Sequence record: LC680884.1
Direction: 5' to 3' (one strand)
Length of the DNA: 64,000 nt
The notes under the pieces are model-generated. The model was given only the letters and a program-made list of their open reading frames with translations, made no database searches and was not told where the DNA came from. Numbering within the stretch: position 1 is the stretch's first letter; every line of letters begins with the position of its first letter. Positions 40,012 through 49,104 of this stretch are shown here, in pieces. A program made the position numbers and the translations under genes.

Positions 40012-40173
40012 GACGTATTGAATATCATTCCAGTATTTGATAATAAGATGAAAGAACATTTCTCATTATTATCACCACAGAATTTCTTAGTAGACAGAAA
40101 TAACGGGCGGTTTAATGGAGATTTTGATCTACAGAAAGATCAAATTTTGGGAATCTTTATTCTAAATAATTAA
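40012..40173 (+). CDS. rpoC: RNAP beta' N-terminal subunit, exon 2 (53 aa; spliced product 426 aa)
   Basis: DVLNIIPVFD...LLSPQNFLVDRNNGRFNGDFDLQKDQILGIFILNN*; joining gives GDYDGDVLN. Confidence 0.88.
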   Translation, partial: DVLNIIPVFDNKMKEHFSLLSPQNFLVDRNNGRFNGDFDLQKDQILGIFILNN

Positions 40174-40183
40174 ATAGAAGAAA

Positions 40184-40224
40184 AATAAATATAAAGGATA
40201 ATATTATTATCCTTTATATTTATT
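40184..40224 (+). terminator. Hairpin/terminator (19-bp perfect stem)
   Basis: AATAAATATAAAGGATAAT / ATTATCCTTTATATTTATT. Confidence 0.7.
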
Positions 40225-40238
40225 AAAGGGGATTAAAA

Positions 40239-40580
40239 ATGGATATTAAAATAGTTGAATCAAGACTAAGAAAATATGGTGTTATAGTAACAAAAACATC
40301 AAGATATTCTCCTCCATTTAATGAACTTCAGCATAAATGGTTAGTCAATTTATATACTGCAAATAAAAGAAGATGGTGGTTTGGATACACTCTCAGGCAT
40401 ATTAAAGAAGTTAAAACAGACTGGTTCTCACCAAGTTTAGAATCAGATAATATGCTTGTTAGATTTATAAAGGATGAAATTGAATATATTGAATCAACAA
40501 TATTGAAAGAAGATAAAAGTAAAGCTAAGATTAATAGAATAAAAGAAAATTACAATAAGTGGGATGGTAAAATTGATTAA
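40239..40580 (+). CDS. Hypothetical protein (paralog pair B, copy 1)
   Basis: HKWLVNLY...DNMLVRFI...YNKWDGKI. Confidence 0.6.
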   Translation: MDIKIVESRLRKYGVIVTKTSRYSPPFNELQHKWLVNLYTANKRRWWFGYTLRHIKEVKTDWFSPSLESDNMLVRFIKDEIEYIESTILKEDKSKAKINRIKENYNKWDGKID

Positions 40581-40887
40581 TAAAAAGGATTTAAAGGAAA
40601 TTAAAACAGATAAAGGTACTTATTATGCTAATGTAATTAGGAAGATATCAGGAGAACAATTTAAATGGAAAATCACTATATACGAAAAAGTAAAAGGTAA
40701 AATATTTAGAAAATATAAAGCATTAACAAGTACAGAAACCATTTGGTACTATAACACAAATGACTATTATTTAAAAGATGATAATTATTTAATTCATAAA
40801 GTAATAGAATTAATACGTAGTTACGAGAGAAATAAAGTTGAAATTATAGAGGATAATTATTTGAATTGGAATCCAAATAAAATTTAA
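40564..40887 (+). CDS. Hypothetical protein (paralog pair B, copy 2)
   Basis: FKWKITIY...DNYLIHKV...YLNWNPNKI. Confidence 0.6.
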   Translation: MVKLINKKDLKEIKTDKGTYYANVIRKISGEQFKWKITIYEKVKGKIFRKYKALTSTETIWYYNTNDYYLKDDNYLIHKVIELIRSYERNKVEIIEDNYLNWNPNKI

Positions 40888-40899
40888 GAGGTGAAATAA

Positions 40900-41082
40900 A
40901 TGGCGTGGGGGATATCACCTAATGCAACAAAAAAAGAAAAACTAAAAGCTGAAATGGCTGATTTTCTAAATGGTTTAAACTCAACAGGGGAAATAAGCTA
41001 TAGTATATATAGTGAAATGTTTGATTATTCTATGAACTTACTTGATGAGATGTATGAATTAAGTAAGTCAGAAAATAAATAA
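40900..41082 (+). CDS. Small hypothetical protein
   Basis: RBS GAGGTG; 60 aa. Confidence 0.6.
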   Translation: MAWGISPNATKKEKLKAEMADFLNGLNSTGEISYSIYSEMFDYSMNLLDEMYELSKSENK

Positions 41083-41112
41083 GAGATACTTGATGATTGT
41101 GAGGTAATTCTT

Positions 41113-41448
41113 TTGAAAAAATTAGTTATTGTGGGATTATTATCAGCCTTATTAGTAGGATGCAATCAAGTAAACACCAATACTACGATAGATAATAAAA
41201 AACCATCAACTAACACATATAAAGAATATTCAACTATAGATAATTCAACAATAATTGATAAGGTAAAAATAGAAAGAAAAGGAAAAAATTCAAGAGATAC
41301 ATTTAAGATTATTTTATCTGATTCAGGAGATAATAGAGAATTATATGCAGGAAGTGAAGAGGTTTTTAAATCACTCAAGAAGGGCGACAAAATTAATGTA
41401 TCTTATGATGAGGAAGATTATATTAGAGAAATAAAATTCTTAAATTAA
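41113..41448 (+). CDS. Predicted lipoprotein
   Basis: MKKLVIVGLLSALLVG-C lipobox; TTG start. Confidence 0.7.
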   Translation: MKKLVIVGLLSALLVGCNQVNTNTTIDNKKPSTNTYKEYSTIDNSTIIDKVKIERKGKNSRDTFKIILSDSGDNRELYAGSEEVFKSLKKGDKINVSYDEEDYIREIKFLN

Positions 41449-41460
41449 TTAGGAGAAATT

Positions 41461-41715
41461 ATGACAACTAAGACATTAGACATATTAAAATTGTTGCGTT
41501 CAAAGTCTATTATTGATATGGATTTCATGATTGCTGAATTGTTGATTAAGGATAATTCAGAAAAGACTAAAAAGAAAATACAATTCATTGCTAGAATAAG
41601 AGCGAGATTTAAGGGTTGGGAAAAGAATTACAAAATACCTAATATTAATGGGTTAGGAAGACCACTTACAAAATATGAAATGTTAGAGATTGTTAATGAG
41701 GGAATGTATGACTAA
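41461..41715 (+). CDS. Hypothetical protein
   Basis: 84 aa with RBS. Confidence 0.55.
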   Translation: MTTKTLDILKLLRSKSIIDMDFMIAELLIKDNSEKTKKKIQFIARIRARFKGWEKNYKIPNINGLGRPLTKYEMLEIVNEGMYD

Positions 41716-41759
41716 AAAAAAAATAAAGGTTGAAATTAATCAACCTTTATTTTTTTTTT
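41714..41759. terminator. Bidirectional terminator
   Basis: A-tract-TAAAGGTTGA / TCAACCTTTA-T-tract between convergent genes. Confidence 0.85.
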
Positions 41760-43437
41760 CATACTTAAATACCATATTACCACAATCCCATATTCTATAG
41801 AAATTTGTGTTATCCATTATTTCAAACTCTGTTAAACCATTATCATATAGCTCAGGAAATTTATTTTTGAGTTCCTGTTTTCTAAAATTAAATCTATGAA
41901 TTCGTTTAGTACCATCATTTCTATCCACATACCAGTAATTTGGTCGGCTATTATGAGTATATTCAAAATCATTCTTAATATATACATTTCCTTCAGACCA
42001 TCTAATATCAGCATATGTTATAATGCTATCATATTCATAATTCTTAATAAAATATTTAAATAACTTTCCAAATGCACCTATAGCACGATAGTCCCTATCA
42101 GTTGCAAATCTACTAAGTTCATAATCAAATTCTCCTTTATGTTTTGAACCTAGTGCTAATCTTCTTTTAACAAATGTCATAATAGCAATTAATTCATCAC
42201 CATCTTCTTTTGGAAGCCATAATCCTAATTTAATACTAGCATTATCTTTTCCTTGGATATGATTCCGTTCTAAGAATTCATTTTTAAGAGAACTATCAAT
42301 TTCCTCAATATAACATTTTCTTGCATATATTTTTTCTTGATTATTTATTCCAAGAATATGAAGAAGTTTGAATTTAACTAACTCATTTTTGTTAACCCAT
42401 TCATCTTCAAATACATGAATAAGTCTTACTCCATGTTCCTTGCATTTTCTAGTCTTATCGATATGATAATTCTTTCCTTTATGTTTTTCATTGTGCCAAT
42501 ATAAACCGTCATATTCAATGGCTATTTTCAATTCTGGTAAATAAATATCTAACTCTTTACCATTTAATATTGTTCTATTTCTAAGAATTATTTCACCTTT
42601 ATAATTTTCTGAAATAAAATCTATAATTTCTTTTTCTCCTTTGGATTGTGTGAATATATTAGAGCATTTTGGACATCCTTCACCGTTAAGTCTATTGTTA
42701 GGATCTGCCTTCCATTTATTATTACAAATTAAACATTTATGCATAATTGGAACACGTCTACCTTTATATTCTTCTAATGCTATAAGATTTCCGTTAAATA
42801 TTTCATTTAATCTTTCTTGATAATTTTTATTACTTCTTTTCTTATTATTACAGGAAGGACAATATACCTTATTCTTAGTTACTAATATATTACCTGCAAT
42901 TGCAGTAAAAATATAATTGCATTTTTTACATTTTAATTTACATTTACCAGATAATTTAGTAAATTCTAAAATTTCATATGGTAAGAAACCATATTTTTCT
43001 TTTATTTTTTCTTCAAAGTGTTCAATATCTTTAGTGTTAGCTATATTTGATCTCTTTTGACCACATGTTCTACACATATGATATCTGAGTCCATCTTCTT
43101 TTATAGCGCCGTTTTTCATATTTGAACGTTTAATATCAAAGGTATCTTTACAAAAATTACAGGTAACATTGTATTTACCATCCTTAAAAGAATTAATTAT
43201 GTAAGGATAGTAACCACATATTTTAAATAATTGATCATTTATTTCTTTTACAGTTTCTTCAAATGATTTCTTTTTAAAATTATTAATTAAAAAATTTTTT
43301 ACTTCTTCATTATAATACTTTTTAACACCCTTAGAAAATGATGACTCTATATTATTTTTTGTCATAAATCTTTCTAGTGTTTTAATTGCCTTTCCTGTTA
43401 ATTCTGCTAATTCTTTTTTAGAATAAAAGTTTTCCAT
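41740..43437 (-). CDS. Free-standing endonuclease-like protein: HTH, Zn-ribbon repeats, Vsr/DUF559-like PD-(D/E)XK domain, C-terminal Hef-like/GNAT (Mom-like) domain
   Basis: YSKKELAELTG; six CxxC; ELDIYLPELKIAIEYDGLYWH; YELSRFAT...ITYADIRWSEGNVY...RIWDCG. Confidence 0.7.
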   Translation of the reverse strand: MENFYSKKELAELTGKAIKTLERFMTKNNIESSFSKGVKKYYNEEVKNFLINNFKKKSFEETVKEINDQLFKICGYYPYIINSFKDGKYNVTCNFCKDTFDIKRSNMKNGAIKEDGLRYHMCRTCGQKRSNIANTKDIEHFEEKIKEKYGFLPYEILEFTKLSGKCKLKCKKCNYIFTAIAGNILVTKNKVYCPSCNNKKRSNKNYQERLNEIFNGNLIALEEYKGRRVPIMHKCLICNNKWKADPNNRLNGEGCPKCSNIFTQSKGEKEIIDFISENYKGEIILRNRTILNGKELDIYLPELKIAIEYDGLYWHNEKHKGKNYHIDKTRKCKEHGVRLIHVFEDEWVNKNELVKFKLLHILGINNQEKIYARKCYIEEIDSSLKNEFLERNHIQGKDNASIKLGLWLPKEDGDELIAIMTFVKRRLALGSKHKGEFDYELSRFATDRDYRAIGAFGKLFKYFIKNYEYDSIITYADIRWSEGNVYIKNDFEYTHNSRPNYWYVDRNDGTKRIHRFNFRKQELKNKFPELYDNGLTEFEIMDNTNFYRIWDCGNMVFKYEKKNKG

Positions 43438-43471
43438 TTAATAATATTCCCCCATTTTATATTATACAATT

Positions 43472-43484
43472 ATAATATATATTT
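43472..43484 (-). promoter_or_regulatory. Early-type promoter AAATATATATTAT
   Basis: Exact 13-mer upstream of 43437. Confidence 0.7.
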
Positions 43485-43537
43485 GTTTAATGGTACTTAA
43501 TTATTAAATGGAAAACTAAAATAAAATTATCTAAATT

Positions 43538-44743
43538 TTACTCAATATATTTATCTATATCAAGATTTACAACTTTTAGTGTCATATCGTGAAATGCTTT
43601 TAAAGATGCGTTGAGCAAAGAAGTCCCAATACGGTTGGAAATTATTCCAACATTCCTAATACCTAAACGATAGTAGAGTTCTCCCGCACATTTACTACAA
43701 TATTGTTTATTTAAACAATATAAAGGACTTCTAATCTTGATTATCTTACCAATATAGTTGTTAATATTATCAGAAGTCAATAATACTAGTTTATTATTTT
43801 CTACAATATACCTATACATGAACATGTTTGCATTACCTTTATTAAGTTCAATGGTTATCGTCTTTTTCGTATGACAATCAGATCCTTCATCATCCAAAAC
43901 GATATTTTGGAAGGCAGCACTAAGTTTCTTAGATTCATAACCACCTTCTCTAGTACCAACAGCACGACTGTATGATGCTTGAGTAATAATATCAGAATAA
44001 TATTGAATCTCTTCAGGAGGTATTCCTTCCATTAAAGAAGCGTCTGAGATATGAACCTGATCTGGATTTGCCAAGTTTTTAATTGCGCCCCTTAAAAGAG
44101 TGGTATTCTTATAGTTGTTACCAAAACTTCCACGAGCACCACTAGCATAAATTTGATAGTCAGGAATATCAGATACTCTTCCTTTTGCATCAGCTACTAA
44201 CTGTTTTTCAATTTTATTAATAGCAATTAAATCGCCAGATTCCAATGCTTTTTTATGCTCTTGAATTAATTTCTTTTTAAGAGCATCTGTTTCTTTAGGA
44301 ATCTCTAGTAGATCATAAGTTAGTGATGCATTTAAGAATTTTGCAGTAATAAATCCAAGCCATTGTAATTTGTCAATATAATCTGCAAATTCTTGCACTG
44401 TAATTTTATCTTCAATCAAATATTCAGAGAGAGTATTTTCCAATCCACCAATATTACCATCATCAAATGAAATATTTTGGTATCCTACTAATTGAATAAT
44501 CTTAGGGGATAACATAAATAAATTAAAAATATATCTTCCAACAGTTGTTGTCATACTTTTATCATTATATAATCTACCCTTTGGTAATACAAATATATCA
44601 TTTGGCTTGAACATAGCTTTTGTATTCTTTTTATTAGCGAAAAGTTTTTCTAGCATTTCTAATGTAATATCTTCCTCAGAAAGAGAAAATAAAAAGTCTT
44701 TATCCTTTTCCGAAATAGATATTGGTTTTTGTACTTTTTCCAA
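43538..44743 (-). CDS. rpoC: Phage multisubunit RNAP beta' fragment (bridge helix/trigger loop region)
   Basis: TTVGRYIFN, SGARGS, AVGTREGGYESKKL (bridge helix), SDCHT, IRSPLYC...CSKCAG, IGTSLLNASLKAFH (trigger loop); TTG start. Confidence 0.85.
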   Translation of the reverse strand: MEKVQKPISISEKDKDFLFSLSEEDITLEMLEKLFANKKNTKAMFKPNDIFVLPKGRLYNDKSMTTTVGRYIFNLFMLSPKIIQLVGYQNISFDDGNIGGLENTLSEYLIEDKITVQEFADYIDKLQWLGFITAKFLNASLTYDLLEIPKETDALKKKLIQEHKKALESGDLIAINKIEKQLVADAKGRVSDIPDYQIYASGARGSFGNNYKNTTLLRGAIKNLANPDQVHISDASLMEGIPPEEIQYYSDIITQASYSRAVGTREGGYESKKLSAAFQNIVLDDEGSDCHTKKTITIELNKGNANMFMYRYIVENNKLVLLTSDNINNYIGKIIKIRSPLYCLNKQYCSKCAGELYYRLGIRNVGIISNRIGTSLLNASLKAFHDMTLKVVNLDIDKYIE

Positions 44744-44774
44744 TTATTTCAACCTCCATATCTCTATATGTCTC

Positions 44775-44786
44775 TATTCTATTGTT
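44775..44786 (-). promoter_or_regulatory. Late-type promoter AACA-N6-TA
   Basis: AACAATAGAATA, 32 nt upstream of the RNAP TTG. Confidence 0.65.
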
Positions 44787-44805
44787 CATAGTAAATGTAA
44801 ATTTT

Positions 44806-44818
44806 AAATATATATTAT
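44806..44818 (+). promoter_or_regulatory. Early-type promoter AAATATATATTAT
   Basis: Exact 13-mer; the only downstream ORF before the terminator is the 13-aa mini-gene. Confidence 0.7.
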
Positions 44819-44857
44819 ATTAATGATAAAAGTTTTATTAATATGGAGGTTTTTCAC

Positions 44858-44899
44858 TTGGGAAAAGATATTACATTAGAAGCATTAGTTAATAAATAG
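44858..44899 (+). CDS. 13-aa mini-gene MGKDITLEALVNK
   Basis: GGAGGT RBS 7 nt before TTG; own promoter and terminator; shares 17 nt with the RNAP gene. Confidence 0.55.
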   Translation: MGKDITLEALVNK

Positions 44900-44937
44900 T
44901 GAAGATAACGATAGATTAAGTTCTATCGTTATCTTCA
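44900..44937. terminator. Terminator hairpin (15-bp stem) between the mini-gene and the convergent gene
   Basis: TGAAGATAACGATAG / CTATCGTTATCTTCA. Confidence 0.75.
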
Positions 44938-45608
44938 ATTTTATCATATATTTTTTTGAGAATATTAGTTTCACTATATGGCGCATTACTCTCACTTAGT
45001 TCTATTAATTTATTAAATTTTTCAATCATATCATCAGTCATAGCAAATGAATATTTTTTATTAAATTCATTTATATCACCATAAACTTGATTTAAATTAA
45101 CAAATATTTCACCAGCATGAACCAGTTCATGAACTGTTAATGATAATGGTACTAGACCTATTATATTATTATAATGATCATCTAATACTTCCTTTATAAT
45201 AGTAAAAGAATTAAATTTTTTTCCTAAAAGGATATTTCTACTAATTGAAAGATTAATTATGTCATGTATAGTAAAAGGATAATGGTGAAATTCTAATGAC
45301 GCATCTTCTGCTGATACATTTCCTAAAACAGCACAATGAGATAAACCTAATTCATTCTTGAGGAAACCAATATAATGGGAATACTCATCACTTGATCTAA
45401 TTTGACTTTTAATAGATCCAACTAATTTTTTCATTTTAGTATCATCATAGATATCAGTAAAATAAAATTTTTCTTGGAAGTAACCATCCATATTTTTTAA
45501 TAAAATATTATCATTATTCTGTACACTCTGAATATTTACAATATTATTGACTTTAGCAGGACTATTAATTTTTTTTATCATTTTCACATTTCCTCCATTT
45601 CTGAACAT
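44916..45608 (-). CDS. HNH-like fold protein (paralog of 56866-57570)
   Basis: EY..YIGFLKNEL.L..C...LEFHHYPFT...GLVPL..TVHELVH.G.IFVNL. Confidence 0.55.
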   Translation of the reverse strand: MFRNGGNVKMIKKINSPAKVNNIVNIQSVQNNDNILLKNMDGYFQEKFYFTDIYDDTKMKKLVGSIKSQIRSSDEYSHYIGFLKNELGLSHCAVLGNVSAEDASLEFHHYPFTIHDIINLSISRNILLGKKFNSFTIIKEVLDDHYNNIIGLVPLSLTVHELVHAGEIFVNLNQVYGDINEFNKKYSFAMTDDMIEKFNKLIELSESNAPYSETNILKKIYDKIEDNDRT

Positions 45609-45615
45609 AAAGATA
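45604..45615 (+). promoter_or_regulatory. Late-type promoter AACA-N6-TA
   Basis: AACATAAAGATA, 24 nt before 45639. Confidence 0.6.
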
Positions 45616-45638
45616 AATAATAAGCGAGGTGAACACGA

Positions 45639-47855
45639 TTGGGAAGCAATTATAGTGTCCTCTCACAAGGGGATATAAATGAGATTGAAAGCGTCCTTGA
45701 GTTCGCCAATGGTCTCATTCTAAAAGATACTGAATTAGCTGATTCCTTGGAAACTACAAATTCTTATCGTTTGTCTAATGAATTCATAAATATACGTTTA
45801 GGTTTATATGATGTAGATGAAGAAACTAAGAAAAAAATAATTGATGGTTATACTGAGTTAAATAGTTACTATAAAGAATTGTATGATAACTGGGGTATAG
45901 ACTATTTAACTTCTAGAACTGCCAAAGATCTTCATATTTTATTAGCCACAAGACCTACTTTATCAAGAGAAGAAATGAATCTATTTTATGAGTGCTACTA
46001 TGAAGTACTAAATTATCATAATAAAGTTACCTCTACTAAGGCATTTAAAAACCAAGATATGTATAGAGGATTTATTAAATTGTTCTTAATATTCTCTACC
46101 GTCCAGAGATATCTAACTAGAAAGATGGAAAATTTCTTTAATATAGATGTTTATGATATGAGGACTCTTAAAAATGCATTTATTTCAGTTGGTCTTGATT
46201 ATTTTGAGGATATGCCAATTAACTATCAAAGAAGATTATTAAAAATGATTAATACATTATTATCTCATAAAGGAACTAATCAGGCTATTCTTGAAATTAT
46301 CAATTTATTTGGTTTTGATAATATAGAGATATATAGATATGTATTGGCAAAGGGTTATAGTACAGATCCAAAAACTGGGAAATTAAACTATAATGATCCT
46401 TATCTAATGTTTTTTAAAACACCTGCTGATAAAGAAGTTGATTTTAAAAAAGATATTATTCTAGATTATAATTCAATTGTTTCAAATGATCCTTATTGGC
46501 AAGCATCAGAAGATGAAGTAAAGAGCATTCCTTTTAATTTTATTAATTCAAAATATATGAGTGTTGATACTACAATAGATGCTATGAATGAAACAATTGG
46601 GTTAGCTTATTTCATGTCAATATTAAATAAGTTTCAATTAGATTATAGTCAAAAAGAAGGCATTGACTTTGGATTTATTAACGGAAGTATTTCTGAAAAT
46701 ATAGTCAAGATATATGATGCTATAGTAGCTCTGCAATCTTTAGTTATTAGAAGTCATGGTTATAGGGATACTATAAGTAAGAATCCAGATGTTATTAATT
46801 ATATCTATGGCTATCGGGACATAGAAAATAGTATAGATATTAGTAGTATAATGAGTGAAATTAAAGAGATAGCTATTAAAAATGCTTCTAGAATCAATAA
46901 TTATAAAGAAATTATTGAATTTACTGAGAATTTTAAAATGACAGGTTTTGAGAAAGAAAAATATTCTATCGAAGATTTCTTAGAGGTTTTTAATACAAAT
47001 GAGAAAATGCGAAAATATCTAGAAGATATGATTATAGAAACTGATAACTATCATATCTATAGAAAACTTCAAGAGATATGGGATATTGAAATGAGGACTA
47101 AAATCAGCAATTCTATTTATGGTGATAGTGAAACATTTAGTGATTACATTAAAACAAGAAATTATGATCTATATAAATATATTCAAGTACCAGATACTAT
47201 TAAAGATAGTGAGAAATTATTAGCTAATTTTTATAAAGATAGAGTATTTGAATTAACTGAATCAATTGGAAACTATATTAGTGATCCGAAAGTAAGAAGA
47301 TATTTTACAAATAATAATTTTATTGGACTAAGTTCATATATAGAAAAATATCTTTATACAATTATTAGTATTTTTAAATCATACACTATTGATCTTTTAT
47401 CAGCTAATATTGTATTTTCATTTGATGATAAAACATTTAATACTCTTAAATTATTTGATGATTTTAGTGCAACAACAGATCATAGTTTTGCAAGCACTAT
47501 CGATCTATTAGATATTTCTAATATCTTAGATACTAATCTTAATATCAAAGTACCATTAAATATAAGAGATGTAATGTGGTGGCAATCTCAATTGTATAAA
47601 GATGATTCTAATATGGTTCTCAATGATGATCGAATAGTTCATACAATTCACTCACCAATAGAAGGTATAGGTTATCATGATCAATATAAAATTTCAGATA
47701 TTCAAATAAATCAACATGATATCTATAAATTATCTGATCGCTTTAATTATGAGTCTAGTTTAAACAATAATGATACTATGTTATTGAAAGAATCAGTAAA
47801 AATAACTGTATCTGAAGAGAATCAAGAAGATAAGGTTATTTATGAGGAAGTTTAA
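45639..47855 (+). CDS. Putative baseplate wedge protein (P2 gpI-like motif)
   Basis: LLKMINTLLSHKGTNQAILEIINLFG. Confidence 0.55.
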   Translation: MGSNYSVLSQGDINEIESVLEFANGLILKDTELADSLETTNSYRLSNEFINIRLGLYDVDEETKKKIIDGYTELNSYYKELYDNWGIDYLTSRTAKDLHILLATRPTLSREEMNLFYECYYEVLNYHNKVTSTKAFKNQDMYRGFIKLFLIFSTVQRYLTRKMENFFNIDVYDMRTLKNAFISVGLDYFEDMPINYQRRLLKMINTLLSHKGTNQAILEIINLFGFDNIEIYRYVLAKGYSTDPKTGKLNYNDPYLMFFKTPADKEVDFKKDIILDYNSIVSNDPYWQASEDEVKSIPFNFINSKYMSVDTTIDAMNETIGLAYFMSILNKFQLDYSQKEGIDFGFINGSISENIVKIYDAIVALQSLVIRSHGYRDTISKNPDVINYIYGYRDIENSIDISSIMSEIKEIAIKNASRINNYKEIIEFTENFKMTGFEKEKYSIEDFLEVFNTNEKMRKYLEDMIIETDNYHIYRKLQEIWDIEMRTKISNSIYGDSETFSDYIKTRNYDLYKYIQVPDTIKDSEKLLANFYKDRVFELTESIGNYISDPKVRRYFTNNNFIGLSSYIEKYLYTIISIFKSYTIDLLSANIVFSFDDKTFNTLKLFDDFSATTDHSFASTIDLLDISNILDTNLNIKVPLNIRDVMWWQSQLYKDDSNMVLNDDRIVHTIHSPIEGIGYHDQYKISDIQINQHDIYKLSDRFNYESSLNNNDTMLLKESVKITVSEENQEDKVIYEEV

Positions 47856-47864
47856 AGAATAGTA

Positions 47865-47876
47865 AACATTTATTTG
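47865..47876 (+). promoter_or_regulatory. Late-type promoter AACA-N6-TG
   Basis: AACATTTATTTG upstream of 47890. Confidence 0.55.
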
Positions 47877-47889
47877 TAAATATAATAAA

Positions 47890-48639
47890 TTGGAGGTTTC
47901 AATAATGACTGAAAAATTGAAATTCAATGATGGGATTAATATTGGAGATAAAACTTCTCAGCCAAGTTCTGGCATGGGATTAAAAGGTAAAGTAAAAGTA
48001 ATGGATGAATTTGGAAATACAATTTTAGAAAAAGATAATCTAATTGTACTACGTGGAAGAACATATGCTTTGGAGCGTTTATTTGGTAAACCGATTGATG
48101 CAGAAGCTTCAGGTTATAAAGTTAACTTAAATAGAAGTATTTGCTTATTTAAAGTAGGTTCAGGTGGCGCTGATATTGAATCTGCACCTTTCCAACCTTT
48201 TGCACCATTGTATAGTGACGAAGATCTAGCAAAGCCAGTTCCATTTGTTGTTCAGGATCCAGCAAAGCATGAAACTCCTGAAAAAGAAAATAATCCTTCT
48301 ATTATTGAGGAACTTTCAGAAGAACAAAGAAAACGTTATTATCTACCTGAAGTAAGATCTGATGGAACTACTGAATATTATGGTAAAGTTTTTGAAGTAG
48401 AACCTCAATGGGTATTCAGTAAAGAAAATAATGAAGTTTATCAAAAGATTATGCTTAAAATTAATGCAGATGAAACTAGAGGATATCTCATTAATGAACT
48501 AGGCTTAGTATTTGCTGAGTATGATGAAGCTAATAATACCTATAAAGATACTGAGCTATTTTCAAGAGTAACTTTTGATTCAGAGTCACTCACATCTCTT
48601 ACTAAAACAGTATTAATTGAATATCTTATTTATGCATAA
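47890..48639 (+). CDS. Putative baseplate/tail-fibre attachment protein
   Basis: FKVGSGG...GYLINELGLVFA...LFSRVTF resembles tail-collar/fibre proximal domains. Confidence 0.5.
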   Translation: MEVSIMTEKLKFNDGINIGDKTSQPSSGMGLKGKVKVMDEFGNTILEKDNLIVLRGRTYALERLFGKPIDAEASGYKVNLNRSICLFKVGSGGADIESAPFQPFAPLYSDEDLAKPVPFVVQDPAKHETPEKENNPSIIEELSEEQRKRYYLPEVRSDGTTEYYGKVFEVEPQWVFSKENNEVYQKIMLKINADETRGYLINELGLVFAEYDEANNTYKDTELFSRVTFDSESLTSLTKTVLIEYLIYA

Positions 48640-48644
48640 AAAAA

Positions 48645-48676
48645 AATAATCCTATATCATGTGATATAGGATTATT
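48645..48676. terminator. Bidirectional terminator
   Basis: AATAATCCTATATCA / TGATATAGGATTATT. Confidence 0.75.
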
Positions 48677-48680
48677 CTTT

Positions 48681-48842
48681 CTATTTATTTTTACAATATT
48701 CTTCCCATTTAAAATCATCTACATAATGATCTCTTTTTAGACATTCTTCTTCCTCATTAGAATACATAAATTTTTTAATTATGAAGAATATAATAATAAA
48801 CCCAACTAAACATAGAGCAATAGTTTTTAAATCTTTGATCAT
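48681..48842 (-). CDS. Small membrane protein, 53 aa (not in the ORF track)
   Basis: MIKDLKTIALCLVGFIIIFFIIKKFMYSNEEEECLKRDHYVDDFKWEEYCKNK; RBS GAGGT. Confidence 0.6.
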   Translation of the reverse strand: MIKDLKTIALCLVGFIIIFFIIKKFMYSNEEEECLKRDHYVDDFKWEEYCKNK

Positions 48843-48858
48843 CTATTTTACCTCTTAT

Positions 48859-49101
48859 TTACTGCTTATTTTTATTTTGAATCGTAACTTCTAAATCTAG
48901 ACCATCTAAAATTTTCAATAATGTATTGATATTATAATTATTATCAGCATTAGTTATTCTTACTATTTGAGGATGTTTTAATCCTATATTTTCTTCTAAC
49001 TGACGTATAGATATTTTTCTTTTTTGTAACTCTTTTTTTATTTTAAAAGAGATATTTAGTTTAGCCGTCATCATACGCTCATCTATACTATTATCTAGCA
49101 T
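48859..49101 (-). CDS. XRE/Cro-C1 HTH protein
   Basis: ISIRQLEENIGLKHPQIVRI...NINTLLKILDGL. Confidence 0.75.
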   Translation of the reverse strand: MLDNSIDERMMTAKLNISFKIKKELQKRKISIRQLEENIGLKHPQIVRITNADNNYNINTLLKILDGLDLEVTIQNKNKQ

Positions 49102-49104
49102 CTA

